Source: Syntrophales bacterium
GTDB lineage: Bacteria > Desulfobacterota > Syntrophia > Syntrophales > UBA2210
DNA length: 64,000 nucleotides
NCBI GenBank assembly: GCA_963662405.2
Contig: CAXXKT010000001.1
Location: 1,728,001 to 1,792,000, forward strand
Reading direction: 5' to 3'
A program made the position numbers and the translations under genes. Position 1 is the first letter of the stretch. Each line of letters starts with the position of its first letter. The notes under the pieces are model-generated. The model searched no databases, was not told where the DNA came from, and saw only the letters and a list, made by a program, of their open reading frames with translations. Shown in pieces: positions 33,307-43,968 of this stretch.

Positions 33307-34003
33307 GGTAAAAAATTTATGCGCATCCTACGGGAACCTTCCCGTGCTACACGACGTTAGCTTTAACATTCGGCCTGACGAGATTGTCACCCTGCTGGGA
33401 TCGAACGGGGCGGGTAAAAGTACGATCCTGAATGCCGTTCAGGGAGTTATGAAACCGACTTCGGGGACGGTCATATTCCAGGGAAACGATATTACCGGTC
33501 TCCCTCCCCACGATATCGTCGAAAAAGGGGTTATCCATATTGCGGAGGGACATCGGGTTTTCCCCTACTTAACGGTGAAGGAAAATCTTCTCATTGGGGC
33601 CTATCCGGGAGATGCCTGGAAGGACAGGCTGCATGCCATGGAGTGGGTTGCGGAACTCTTCCCAATCCTGAAGTCTCGTGCCAATCAGGAGGCTCGTCTC
33701 CTCAGCGGCGGTGAGCAGCAGATGCTGAACATCGGCAGGGGGCTTATGTCCCATCCAAAGTTCATCATGGTCGATGAACCGTCGGTCGGTCTTGCCCCGG
33801 TCATTGTTGATGGGGTCTTTGAGGCCTTGGGTAAGCTTCGTGAGCAGGGGATTACCATTCTTCTCCCCGAGCAGAACGCTCTCCGGGCACTTCAGCTGGC
33901 CGACAGGGGATACGTGATCCAGGACGGGAAGGTCGTCATGGAGGGACCATCCGCGGATCTTATGAAGAGTGATCTCGTGAAAAAGGCATATTTGGGGAGA
34001 TAA
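33299..34003 (+). CDS. ABC ATPase (LivF-like)
   Basis: GSNGAGKST, LSGGEQQML, DEPSVGLAP, EQN, AYLG. Confidence 0.92.
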   Translation: MLEVKNLCASYGNLPVLHDVSFNIRPDEIVTLLGSNGAGKSTILNAVQGVMKPTSGTVIFQGNDITGLPPHDIVEKGVIHIAEGHRVFPYLTVKENLLIGAYPGDAWKDRLHAMEWVAELFPILKSRANQEARLLSGGEQQMLNIGRGLMSHPKFIMVDEPSVGLAPVIVDGVFEALGKLREQGITILLPEQNALRALQLADRGYVIQDGKVVMEGPSADLMKSDLVKKAYLGR

Positions 34004-34006
34004 ATT

Positions 34007-35362
34007 ATGGAAGATTATTTTTCGTATACTGATAAGTTGTTCAATCCGGCAGGCGTCAAGGACAAGCCGGAGGTGTTGAAAGGTCTCAAAGTATTGGACT
34101 TTACCCATGTTATTTATGGGCCCACCGCATCGAGGATCTTAGGTACCTATGGTGCCGAGGTCATAAAGCTGGAGCTTCCCTTCTATGGCGATCTCTGGCG
34201 GCCCGCCACCTACTGGGGTAAGTACTGGAAACACTCGAATCCGATCTGGCACTTTGTGACACAGAATAAATATTTCGTATCCCTCGATCTCAAACGTCCC
34301 GAGGCGAAGGAACTGGTGTATCGGTTGGCGAAAGAGGCCGACATTGTCCTCGAAAATTTTGCTCCGGGAACCGCTGAAGCGTGGAAGGTCGGTTATACGA
34401 GTATCAAAGAGGTCAACCCCAAGATTATCTACCTGAGCTGTTCGACCTACGGTCAATATGGTCCTATGCGGTCCTTTCCCGGATGGGATCTCCTTGCGCA
34501 GGCGGCCAGTGGGATCCTGACGTTGAACGGGTACCCCGACACGGATCGATACTACAAGCTTCCCGATTATCTCGGAGACTTTGTCCCCGGAAATTTTGGT
34601 GCCATGGTTCTGCTGATGGCCCTCTATCACCGCAACAAGACGGGGAAGGGCCAGTATATCGATCTCTCCCAGACCGATACGATGATGCGTTGTATGCCCA
34701 ATTTCACGTACAAGAGCGTGACAGGTGAACCCTTAGGAAGGGTGGGGCACACGGACCCCTCCATGGTTGCGGCATCCATATTCAAGACCCGGGACGGGAA
34801 ATTCCTGGGGTTGGCCTGTGCGACCGAAAAGCAATTTGAAGGGCTATGCAACGCCATGGGAAAGGAAGATCTCCTCAAGGACAAGCGGTTCAATACGTAT
34901 CTCGAGGCCCTGAAGGAGGAGAATGCTGAAGCGCTTCGTACCATTGCCGGTGACTGGATCCAGACGAAGGATTGCGATGAGATCGTCAAGCTGGCGAATG
35001 AAAAGTGTTTTGCCGCCGCCGAGGTGCAGGATGATGTGATGATATGTACTGATGAATGGCGGCGTGAGCGCGGAAGTGTCCTCTTGTTCAACGACGAGAT
35101 GTACGGTGAGATTGCCTTGGCCGGACCATCGGCACAGTTGAGCAAGACCCCGGGGAGACCGAAGTGGACGGCTCGGCCCCTCGGATATCACAACCGGCTC
35201 GTTCTGATGAAGTTTCTCGGCCTGAAGGAGGCGGACCTGGTAAATCTTGAAAAGAAAAAGGTGATAGGGACGTTTGATGACCTGCCGGGTCTCAAGGCAC
35301 CGCTCTATTACGATCTTGATAAGGATCCCATCTATAATTATGGCAGAGAGGTCAAGCGATGA
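34007..35362 (+). CDS. Family III (CaiB/BaiF) CoA-transferase, catalytic-type subunit
   Basis: GLKVLDFT, GAEVIKLE, ENFAPG, YGQYGP; catalytic Asp in YLGDFVPG; GKGQYIDLS. Confidence 0.9.
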   Translation: MEDYFSYTDKLFNPAGVKDKPEVLKGLKVLDFTHVIYGPTASRILGTYGAEVIKLELPFYGDLWRPATYWGKYWKHSNPIWHFVTQNKYFVSLDLKRPEAKELVYRLAKEADIVLENFAPGTAEAWKVGYTSIKEVNPKIIYLSCSTYGQYGPMRSFPGWDLLAQAASGILTLNGYPDTDRYYKLPDYLGDFVPGNFGAMVLLMALYHRNKTGKGQYIDLSQTDTMMRCMPNFTYKSVTGEPLGRVGHTDPSMVAASIFKTRDGKFLGLACATEKQFEGLCNAMGKEDLLKDKRFNTYLEALKEENAEALRTIAGDWIQTKDCDEIVKLANEKCFAAAEVQDDVMICTDEWRRERGSVLLFNDEMYGEIALAGPSAQLSKTPGRPKWTARPLGYHNRLVLMKFLGLKEADLVNLEKKKVIGTFDDLPGLKAPLYYDLDKDPIYNYGREVKR

Positions 35363-36699
35363 GTCTATTCCAAAAGAAGAACAAAGAAAAAGTCTATACG
35401 CGATACTCAAGCAGCGGTGCGAATGCCTCGGTGTGGAAGGAGACGGTTGAAAAACTCCAGACGCCCGAAGGTCGTCCTGAAGTTCTTGATGATGTCGTGG
35501 TACTGGATGCCAGTAAGGCAAATTTTTCCGGGATCGTTGCTGCGAGTCTTTTTGCCGAATTCGGAGCCGAGGTCATCAAGATCGAACCCGCCGAAGGTGA
35601 TCCCTGTCGCAAGATGACTCCCTACGGGAAAAACATTAAGGGGGTCGGCATCCCTTTTATGATGGAAGGGAGAAACAAACGGTACTTGACCCTTGATCTC
35701 GAGGATAACCCGGATGATCGGGAGACGTTTGCCGCCCTGGCGCAGAAGGCGACTGTGGTGATCGAGTCTTTTCCTGCGGGGAGAATGGATTCCTGGGGGA
35801 TCGGATATCGGCAGCTGTCCGAGAAGAATCCAGGCCTGATCTATATCGCCATTACGCCGTATGGCCAGCATACCAAAAAGGCCCGCGAGTTTGTCAATTT
35901 CCCCGACACGGACATCACGACCCAGACCGGTTCCGGTCTGTCGGCCCAGATCGGTGACTTTGCGACCGAGCCGGAACCGTATAACTGGCCTTTTAAGGCG
36001 GGTATCTGGATGGGGTGGTATGTCACGGGGATCAGCGCGGCCCTGGGCGGCATGATGGCGCTCATGTACCGTCAAGCCACCGGTGAGGGGCAGATGGTTG
36101 ACATCGCCGGCATGGATTCATACTCGTCGATGGTCGGTTTCCCCGCCACGATCGGATATACCTGGGATAAGTCGCGACCGCGGATCGGTGTTCTCGATTT
36201 CATCCTGTATCCGTATAGCCATTGGAGATGTAAGGATGGCTTGGTGGCGGTTGCGGCTTCACGGAATCAGGATTTCAGGGCCCTTTTGAAGATCCTGGGG
36301 AGGTGGGAGCTGGAAGATGATTTCAAGTTTTCACCTGACCGTATTCCCGATATCCTCGAGCAGGCGATGGAGCTGCACCGGGAGATCGGCAAAGAAACGA
36401 TAAAGTATACCGGCGATGAGCTTACCGCCAAGGCGCTGGGTTATGCGCTGAAGGCGGCTCGTTCGAAATGGCGGGGAGGCGGGGTTCCCATTGTTATGAG
36501 GATCATGACGCCCGAGGATACGGTAAACAATAAGCAGTGGGAGGTTCGAAAGTCCTTTAAGGAGGTTGAGGATGAAACGCTCGGTAAATTCATCGTCACG
36601 TCCGGGTTTGCCAAGATGACCGAATCGCCTCCGCAGATCAAATGGATGTCCTGTGATATCGGAAAGGATAATGAATACGTCAAGAAAAAGTATCTGTAA
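35359..36699 (+). CDS. Family III CoA-transferase-like subunit lacking the catalytic Asp
   Basis: GAEVIKIEP..GDP.R, RNKR..TLDL, ITPYGQ, GEGQMVDI; WMGWYVTG at the Asp position; 4-bp overlap with upstream gene. Confidence 0.85.
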   Translation: MSLFQKKNKEKVYTRYSSSGANASVWKETVEKLQTPEGRPEVLDDVVVLDASKANFSGIVAASLFAEFGAEVIKIEPAEGDPCRKMTPYGKNIKGVGIPFMMEGRNKRYLTLDLEDNPDDRETFAALAQKATVVIESFPAGRMDSWGIGYRQLSEKNPGLIYIAITPYGQHTKKAREFVNFPDTDITTQTGSGLSAQIGDFATEPEPYNWPFKAGIWMGWYVTGISAALGGMMALMYRQATGEGQMVDIAGMDSYSSMVGFPATIGYTWDKSRPRIGVLDFILYPYSHWRCKDGLVAVAASRNQDFRALLKILGRWELEDDFKFSPDRIPDILEQAMELHREIGKETIKYTGDELTAKALGYALKAARSKWRGGGVPIVMRIMTPEDTVNNKQWEVRKSFKEVEDETLGKFIVTSGFAKMTESPPQIKWMSCDIGKDNEYVKKKYL

Positions 36700-37098
36700 G
36701 GCAGACAGGACGGGTTGTTGTTCGTTCATTAGAACTCGGGAATAAAGAACATACTCTTTACTACTGAGAGTTAGTGAAAGCAATAGCCCCCCATCGTTCG
36801 TGAAGTTGATATCTCGCTATCCGGGGGGGAAGCACGTGGTATCAGTTTTATCCTGTAGTGCGGCGGTTCGGGCCGCGGTGGGAAGACTTTCGGCGGGAGG
36901 CGTCAAGAGACGTCTTCCGCACAGTTGCAGTTGTTCCACCGGAATACTCCTTATCAGAAAGATGATGGTACCGTTGTCGGCTGTGTATGTCCGATAGGGG
37001 ATGTGGCCCACAGTTTCTGCGGGGGTGTGCGGACGAATAATCAAGAGAGGATACATGCAACATTCGTTGCAGCAACAATACCAAAGGAGGGAAAGGTA

Positions 37099-38463
37099 AT
37101 GGTAAGAAGATCCAGATTCAGTTTGGTCGTTCTCGTGGTGCTTGCCCTGACATTCTGCTTCGCATCCAACGGAATGAGTGCCGCCCCGTCGGGAGAACCC
37201 ATTGTGGTCGGGTATATCGGGATGGTGCTTTCACCGGGGACGAGACCCTGCATGGCGATCCAGAAGATAGCGGTACAGGAAATCAACGAGGCGGGGGGTG
37301 TCCTCGGCCGTCCGCTTAAGTACGTGATTGCCGATAACAAGGGGGCCACATCACTAACGGTTGAGGGTGCACGGCGGCTGTTGATGGAGGACAAGGCGAA
37401 GTTTATCTTTGTTGAAGGGCGGACGGAGATTTGTCTGGCCGCGCAGGAAAACGCGGCGGCCATGGTAAAGGATTACCCCCATATCATGATATTCAACGGT
37501 CCCATGGGGATGGAACTGACCGACCGCGTCCTTGATGATTATGAGACCTACAAGTTCTGCTTCCGTGATTGGGACCCGGAGCCCTCTCAGTATGCCATGA
37601 TGCGGTATTTCTGGCGGGATACGTGGCAGGAGCGGTTCCCCGGAGGGATCCAGAAGATGGCGCTCCTCTGGGAAGATCTCGAGTGGACCAAGTCGTACCG
37701 CGAAGGTATTCCTTCACTTGATTTTCCCTCCTGGGAAGAGATGCTTAAAGATGATTTCGGGATCGAGGTTGTCTACAGCAAAAACGTGAAGCCACGGGGG
37801 ACAATGTACCTTCCGCTTCTCCAGCAGATTGCCGGGACGGGCGCACAGAACATCTTGTACGTGAGTTCCTGGTTCACCGACACGGAATCTTTTGCCAAAC
37901 AGTGGGCTGATTCGGCGGCGCGGAATGTCCCCGTCGATCTCTATGGTGGTGTTGCACAGACCTCTGATTTCTGGAAGCTGACCGGTGGGAAGGCCTTGGG
38001 TATTGTCAGTTCTTTTACCGATTGTATGATCCCCCTGACGCAAAAGACTATCCCCTTTATCGAGATGGCCAGAAAGCATAAGATCCCGACCCAGATCCAC
38101 GTTCACCTCGCCTACGCGGACATCTACTTCGTCAAAAAGGTGATCGAGACTGCGGGGGGTGTGGACGATATCGATAAACTGATCAAGGCGATGGAGACGG
38201 TGGAGACCTCGTATTCGCTCGGCAAGATGGCCTACGAAATGCAGAAGGCCAAACCCTACTTCCATTCCAAGATCAGGGTCGATCTCACCAATCCGATCGA
38301 CAAGCAGCTCCCGGGTGTCTATCTGCAGCCGATCGCTCAGTTCCAGAACGATGGAAAGATATCGTATCTGGGAGCATCTGCCAAGGAAAATGAGCCTGCA
38401 TTCGAGGGGTATGGCAAACCGTCGAACTATGTCATGCCGGCCGAGTTGAGAAAAAGAAAGTAG
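37099..38463 (+). CDS. ABC substrate-binding protein (Liv type), copy 1
   Basis: Signal peptide; EINEAGGVLGRPL..VIADNK; AAGGAGG RBS. Confidence 0.9.
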   Translation: MVRRSRFSLVVLVVLALTFCFASNGMSAAPSGEPIVVGYIGMVLSPGTRPCMAIQKIAVQEINEAGGVLGRPLKYVIADNKGATSLTVEGARRLLMEDKAKFIFVEGRTEICLAAQENAAAMVKDYPHIMIFNGPMGMELTDRVLDDYETYKFCFRDWDPEPSQYAMMRYFWRDTWQERFPGGIQKMALLWEDLEWTKSYREGIPSLDFPSWEEMLKDDFGIEVVYSKNVKPRGTMYLPLLQQIAGTGAQNILYVSSWFTDTESFAKQWADSAARNVPVDLYGGVAQTSDFWKLTGGKALGIVSSFTDCMIPLTQKTIPFIEMARKHKIPTQIHVHLAYADIYFVKKVIETAGGVDDIDKLIKAMETVETSYSLGKMAYEMQKAKPYFHSKIRVDLTNPIDKQLPGVYLQPIAQFQNDGKISYLGASAKENEPAFEGYGKPSNYVMPAELRKRK

Positions 38464-38494
38464 TCATTCTCCGGTATAAAGAGGGTTGACCGAT

Positions 38495-38530
38495 AACGGG
38501 CCCCGCTGCGATGCAGCGGGGCCCGTTTTC
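38495..38530 (+). terminator. Intrinsic terminator
   Basis: AACGGGCCCCGCTGC-GAT-GCAGCGGGGCCCGTT then TTC. Confidence 0.75.
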
Positions 38531-39075
38531 ATTTCGGGAATGCAACAGACAGGATATGGAACGCAGCTATTGATATGGGTAACCGGGCCGATCGGGTGGA
38601 TTGCCGACAGTGTCTTGTGCGTCACAACCGGGAATATTTCAACGGCGGGATTGTATTTTTTCTTGACAGGGGAATGCTGGACATGCTAGCAAGGATACAA
38701 GTAAAATTGGGGAATTTCTCCTTTTGTAACCCCGTTTTGTTGTCCTGAGTCCGTCCAGTAGTTCACGGGTAATTTGGGATTGGCGATATTGTTACTGTCC
38801 GGGGGGCTGTGATATTCGTTTTATCCTTCGATACCACAGAATCTGCAGTACCAGAAGGGGAAGCACGAGGTGCGATGTCGGTCCTTGGGTGTTGTCTTTC
38901 GGAACAATGCGCCGATACTTCTCCTTCTGTCCCTTTCGTGCTGATGGCGTACCGGTTTTTGGGGGTTAGGTATGTTCGTGATTGGGAACGGGTACCTTAA
39001 GACCTGCGGTGCTTGCGGTGTGTGGGTACGTGTGACAAATCAATGGGTAGCATGCAACGAAAAAAGGAGGAGAGG

Positions 39076-40449
39076 ATGATGGTAAAGAGATTGAGATTTG
39101 GCTTATTTGTCGTCGCTATACTTTCACTGACGCTCTGTTTTCCATCCACCGGGATGAGCGCCGCTCCATCGGGGGAGCCAATCGTGATCGGATACGTGGG
39201 GATGGTGCTTTCACCGGGGACGAGGCCCTGCCTCGCTATCCAGAAGATCGCGTGCCAGGAGATCAATGAGGCGGGCGGCGTTCTCGGTCGGCCGCTGAAG
39301 TATGTGATCGCCGATAACAAGGGTGCCACGTCCCTGAGCGTTGAGGGTGCCCGTCGTCTGCTGATGGAGGACAAGGCGAAGTTCATCTTTGTTGAAGGGC
39401 GGACGGAGATCTGTCTGGCCGCTCAGGAGAACGCGGCATCGATGTTCAAGGACTACCCGCACATCATGATCTTCAACGGTCCCATGGGGTCCGAGCTGAC
39501 GGCGCGGGTGCTCGATGAGTACGAGAAGTACAAGTTCTGCTTCCGTGACTGGGATCCGGAGCCCGCCCACTACCCCCAGATGCGCTATTTCTGGGGGAAG
39601 ACGTGGCCGGTCATGTTCCCGAAGACAAAAGGGAGAAGGGTTCAAGCGGCTTGGCTCTGGGAGGATCTCGAGTGGACCAAGCAGTGGCGTGATGGGATCG
39701 ATTATATGAACATGCCCCCCTGGGAAGAGATGATGAAGAAGGAGTTTAATATCGACCTAGTCTACGTCAAAGCGGTCAAACCGCGCGGGACGATGTACCT
39801 GCCCCTCTTCCAGCAGATGGCCGGAGCAAAGGCCGATGTGATCCAGTACATCAGTTCCTGGTTCACCGACACGGAGTCATTCGTCAAACAGTGGGCCGAT
39901 TCGGCGGCGCGTGATATCCCCGTCCTGCTGTACGGTGGCGTCGCGCAGACCTCCGATTTCTGGCAGTTGACCGGCGGGAAGGCTGCCGGGGTTGTTTCCT
40001 CCTATACGGAATGCAACCTTCCGCTGACGGAGAAGACCGTTCCCTTCGTGGAGATGGCCGTCAAGCACAGGATCCCGACTCAGATCCATGTTCACCTCGC
40101 CTATGCGGATATCTACTTCGTCAAGGAAGTGATCGAAAAGGCGGGGGGGGTGGATGATATCGATAAGCTGATCAAGGCGATGGAGACGACCCAGACCACT
40201 TACTCGCTCGGGAAGATGGCCTACGAGATGCAGAAGATCAAGCCTTATTTCCACTCCAAGATCAGGGTCGATCTGTCCGATCCTCTGAATAAGCAGATAC
40301 CCGGAGCCTTTATCCAGCCAATGGCCCAGTTCGGGAAAGGCGGAGAGATTCGGTACATAGGGGCCTCCTGTATGGAGAATGAACCGATATTCGAGCGAGT
40401 CGGCGCCGGTACGGCGGCAGACTACAAGTATCCGGAAGAGCTGAGGTAG
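39076..40449 (+). CDS. ABC substrate-binding protein, copy 2 (close paralogue of copy 1)
   Basis: Signal peptide; long identical stretches with copy 1 (e.g. VEGARRLLMEDKAKFIFVEGRTEICLAAQENAA). Confidence 0.9.
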   Translation: MMVKRLRFGLFVVAILSLTLCFPSTGMSAAPSGEPIVIGYVGMVLSPGTRPCLAIQKIACQEINEAGGVLGRPLKYVIADNKGATSLSVEGARRLLMEDKAKFIFVEGRTEICLAAQENAASMFKDYPHIMIFNGPMGSELTARVLDEYEKYKFCFRDWDPEPAHYPQMRYFWGKTWPVMFPKTKGRRVQAAWLWEDLEWTKQWRDGIDYMNMPPWEEMMKKEFNIDLVYVKAVKPRGTMYLPLFQQMAGAKADVIQYISSWFTDTESFVKQWADSAARDIPVLLYGGVAQTSDFWQLTGGKAAGVVSSYTECNLPLTEKTVPFVEMAVKHRIPTQIHVHLAYADIYFVKEVIEKAGGVDDIDKLIKAMETTQTTYSLGKMAYEMQKIKPYFHSKIRVDLSDPLNKQIPGAFIQPMAQFGKGGEIRYIGASCMENEPIFERVGAGTAADYKYPEELR

Positions 40450-40488
40450 AAGGAGGAATACCAGCAAAGACATGCTGATTTGATGAAG

Positions 40489-40530
40489 GCGAGTCCCGCT
40501 TGAGTTGATAACAGCGGGGCTCGTTTTTTT
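40489..40530 (+). terminator. Intrinsic terminator
   Basis: GCGAGTCCCGCT...AGCGGGGCTCGT followed by a T-run. Confidence 0.7.
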
Positions 40531-40681
40531 ATACCATCGAAGAGGGCGCAACCGGCGGGATGGCAATCGAAGATTCTCTGTGTATAAAGCTGATCGTACA
40601 TAAAGAAAGGTTCGGACGACCGCTCAAACATATGATTGCAAATCACAAGGGTATCACGTCGTTGGGCGTGGAGGGCACATA

Positions 40682-41661
40682 GTGTCTCTGCTCAATGATT
40701 GTGACCACATCATGGCCTTCAATGGCACCATGGGATGGGGGTTGACGGGCCTGGTCCTGAACGAGTGCGAAAAATACATGTTTCGCTTTCGTGACTGGGG
40801 GTCTGGAGTTCGGCCATTATGGCCGGCACGTTCTTTCAACGGTCTCAAAAAGATGTCCATCCTCTGGGAGGATCTTGAATGGATCAAACCCGGGTGGGAG
40901 GGAATCGCTGGTCTGGGCTTGTTCCCTAGGGAGGAAGTGCTCGCAAACGGCTGGGGTGTCAAAGTAACATGCAATAAAGCTGAGAAGCCCTGTGGGGCGA
41001 TGTGCCTGTTGCCTCTCCGGCCGATTATCGGGGCCGGTGCTGAGTTCGCCATTGGTGTCGGCTCGTGGTTCATCAATGCTGAGTCCTTTGTCAAGCAGTG
41101 AACGGATTCGGCCCTGCGGAATATTTCCCTTGACCTCTACGACGGTCTTTTGCAGGCCTCCGTGTTCTGGAAACTGATTGGCAAAACGTGTCTGGTTGTA
41201 ACGGGTTTCTTCATCGAAAGCCGGATTCCCCTGACGGAGAAGACCATTCCCTTCGTGGAGATGGCCACGAAACACAAGATCCCGACCCGGATCCACGTTC
41301 ACCTCGCTTACTCGGATATCTATTTCATCAAGAAGGTGATCGAAAAGGCTGGTGGTGTCGGTGACCTCGAAAAGCTGATCAAGGCGATGGAGACGACGGA
41401 GACCACTTACTCGCTCGGAAAGATGGCTTACGAGAACACGAAGATCAAGCCCTACTTCCACTCCAAGGTAAGGGTTGATCCGAGTAATTCTCAGCACAAG
41501 ACTTATCCCGGTGTCTTTGTCCAGCCGATCGCCCAGTACCAAAACGGCGGGAAGGTGTTATATCTGGGGGGTGTGTAGAAAATGAATCGGTATTCAAGGA
41601 TCTCGGTTTTTCGAACAGCGACTCTGTCGTTCCTGCAGAGCTGAGGAAACGTGAGGAATAA
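40682..41661 (+). pseudogene. Third substrate-binding paralogue, 5'-truncated and disrupted
   Basis: Homologous to copies 1 and 2; N-terminus and signal peptide missing; TGA at 41099-41101 replaces Trp of KQW; frameshift near 41570, then CVENESVF...PAELRKREE*. Confidence 0.85.
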
Positions 41662-41880
41662 GGATTATCTTGTGCCCGAAACGGTATTCGCTGAAACGGG
41701 CCCCCTGTACTACAGACGGCGGTGCCCGTTTCAGCATGGGACGGACCGCCTTCAGGTGTGCGGTACAAGGACTGACACCGATGGTCCGCCATACCGCGAT
41801 ATGTGCTGTGGGATGTGGTCGGACAGAGGTACCGTTTCGTAATACCGATGCCCGATATATGACGGCAGGATAGGAGAGAT

Positions 41881-42200
41881 GAGAAGAAGACGCGAATTCG
41901 GGCTTTTAACGGGAGCACGCGACGACAGGGTAATACCTTGATGATTATTCGATCAATGTTTGAAGGGGCCCGGTCGCAGGGTGCCGAAACGACAGCGGTA
42001 CGGCTCACGACATAGACATGAAGGGATGCATGGAGTGCCTCAGCTGTCGCGAAACCCCCGAATTCTGAAAACAGCGTGATCCCCTGATCGATCACCTCGA
42101 AGCCATCAAGGTCAGTGATGCGTTATCGTTGTCTGCTCGATTTACCGGTACCGGATCACCGGTTACATCCGATCATCAGTGGACCAACCGTCCAACAACC
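41881..42200 (+). pseudogene. Remnant of a flavodoxin-like/iron-sulfur flavoprotein gene
   Basis: Manual translation AFNGSTRRQGNT...EGARSQGAET, frameshift near 42005, then DMKGCMECLSCRETPEF*KQRD (CxxCxxC, stop at the fourth Cys); boundaries approximate. Confidence 0.7.
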
Positions 42201-42850
42201 TGTGAATACCGATCGTATGAATTCGGTTTGTCATTGGGTTGGTTCGATAAAAACCTTTCTATTTTTTCCTTCTGTGCCGAAAGCTCCTGATTTCAATATG
42301 GACAAGACAGCCATGCCAGGGACATTTCTTCCAGATGCCAAACCGGTTTTTGCCGCCGATGGTCTCGTAAGGATGAAGGGTGCTTGCTGACCAGAAAGTC
42401 GTTAAGAAGACCGGCCGGTCTTGGGGGTTCCCCCTCTGAAAAATGCCCCGCCTCTTTCCTGAAGCGAATGAAAAACCCCGAACAGGAGATGGGTGAAAGC
42501 TTCCTCCGCGCTTAATAAGGCCGAGGTCCGGTATCCTTCAAGGTGTCATGGATGTTTTTTCAGGAATCTTTTCCGGGATATGTGCATACTGACGGAGCCT
42601 CGAAAAAAATGGGCTTGTAGGATCGCGTGCGAAGGAATGCTTATCGCTCGCCCGGGAGACATTTCTTGACTTTCATGGCAAAGCAAGGAATACAGAAAAC
42701 GGGGGGGAGTAGACCCGGTATCCTCGTATATTCGCCACAGACAGTGTCTCCGGCAATGAGGATGCCTTCTCTCTTTTAATATCCCATGGAGTGTAATGCA
42801 TCACCGGTCTACCGATCGGGAACCCGGGCCATGTCGATCGAGAGAGTGAA

Positions 42851-43669
42851 ATGACATTTACACCGACGGATGCGGCAACGGTTATCCTCCTGCGTCAAGT
42901 CAATGGGGGAAGGCCGGGATTCGAGGTCCTTATGGTCCTCAGAAATGCCGGCAGTTCCTTTGTCCCCGGCTCCTATGTCTTCCCGGGAGGGCGAGTTGAC
43001 GAGGCGGATTGCCATCGAGATATGGAGCAATTCTGTGAAGGCTCCGAACTGGTCATGGCGCAGCGGGAGCTGGATGGAACATCAGCTCCGGAGAAGGCGC
43101 TGGGTATCCGGATCGCCGCTATCAGGGAGACCTTTGAAGAGGTGGGGCTTCTCTTCGCCCGTCATCAAGATGGGTCTCTCATATTGTTGGACGGTGGCGA
43201 TGCCGGTCATCGATTCCGATCCTATCGAAGGCGGGTTCACGGAGGGGAACTGCCTTTTATAGAGGTTTTGCGGCGGGCGAAACTGGTGCTGGCACTTGAC
43301 CGGTTGCACTACTTTTCCCACTGGATTACGCCCGAACTGTCGCCGATCAGGTACGATACACGTTTTTTTGTCGCCGAGGTTCCCTCCGGTCAGGAGGCCC
43401 TGCACGATGGGAAGGAGCTGACGCGACACCTCTGGATAAAGCCTGAAGAGGCGCTCAATCGATACCATGAGCGACGGTTTCATATGGTGGTTCCCACGAT
43501 CGTCACACTGGAGGAACTGGCTCATTTTGAAGCGATTGATGATGTGATTGATTCAACCAAAGGGAAGGGGATCACGGGTGTCATGACGCGCCTCGTTGTT
43601 GAGGGGGATAAGATACGGGAGCATGCCCCCGACGGACGGATTTTTAGAACCCTGGCTCCTCGCCGGTAA
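42851..43669 (+). CDS. Nudix hydrolase (NUDT19-like, possible acyl-CoA diphosphatase)
   Basis: AATVILLR, YVFPGGRVD, AAIRETFEEVG (split Nudix box), HWITP...RYDTRFF. Confidence 0.88.
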   Translation: MTFTPTDAATVILLRQVNGGRPGFEVLMVLRNAGSSFVPGSYVFPGGRVDEADCHRDMEQFCEGSELVMAQRELDGTSAPEKALGIRIAAIRETFEEVGLLFARHQDGSLILLDGGDAGHRFRSYRRRVHGGELPFIEVLRRAKLVLALDRLHYFSHWITPELSPIRYDTRFFVAEVPSGQEALHDGKELTRHLWIKPEEALNRYHERRFHMVVPTIVTLEELAHFEAIDDVIDSTKGKGITGVMTRLVVEGDKIREHAPDGRIFRTLAPRR

Positions 43670-43968
43670 GCGCGTATCGCGGGGGGCACGCGCATAATGA
43701 GAGTCGGCGTGAACAACGGACGAGAATACGGTGATGTCTCCAGAAGAGTCGGTCACCCGGTTTGTCGTCGATGGTGAGGAACTGATCTCTGAGATCTGTC
43801 GGGAGGGAAACCGGGGGAGGGACATCCTGCTCCCGGGCGGGTATCCCCAATGTCGCTGTCATGGTCAATGCGAGGTGTGGGGATTGTTTGGTCAGTACCT
43901 ATGTTTTGCATTCCGGTGTTGGGACAGATCGGCCGCTACGGAAACCTCAGCACCACCTGCATCGACGA

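Noticed and set aside
41099..41101. TGA read-through or selenocysteine in the third binding-protein copy (and at 42066)
   Set aside because: 41099 replaces a Trp codon, and both genes have independent frameshifts or truncation, so decay explains the stops.
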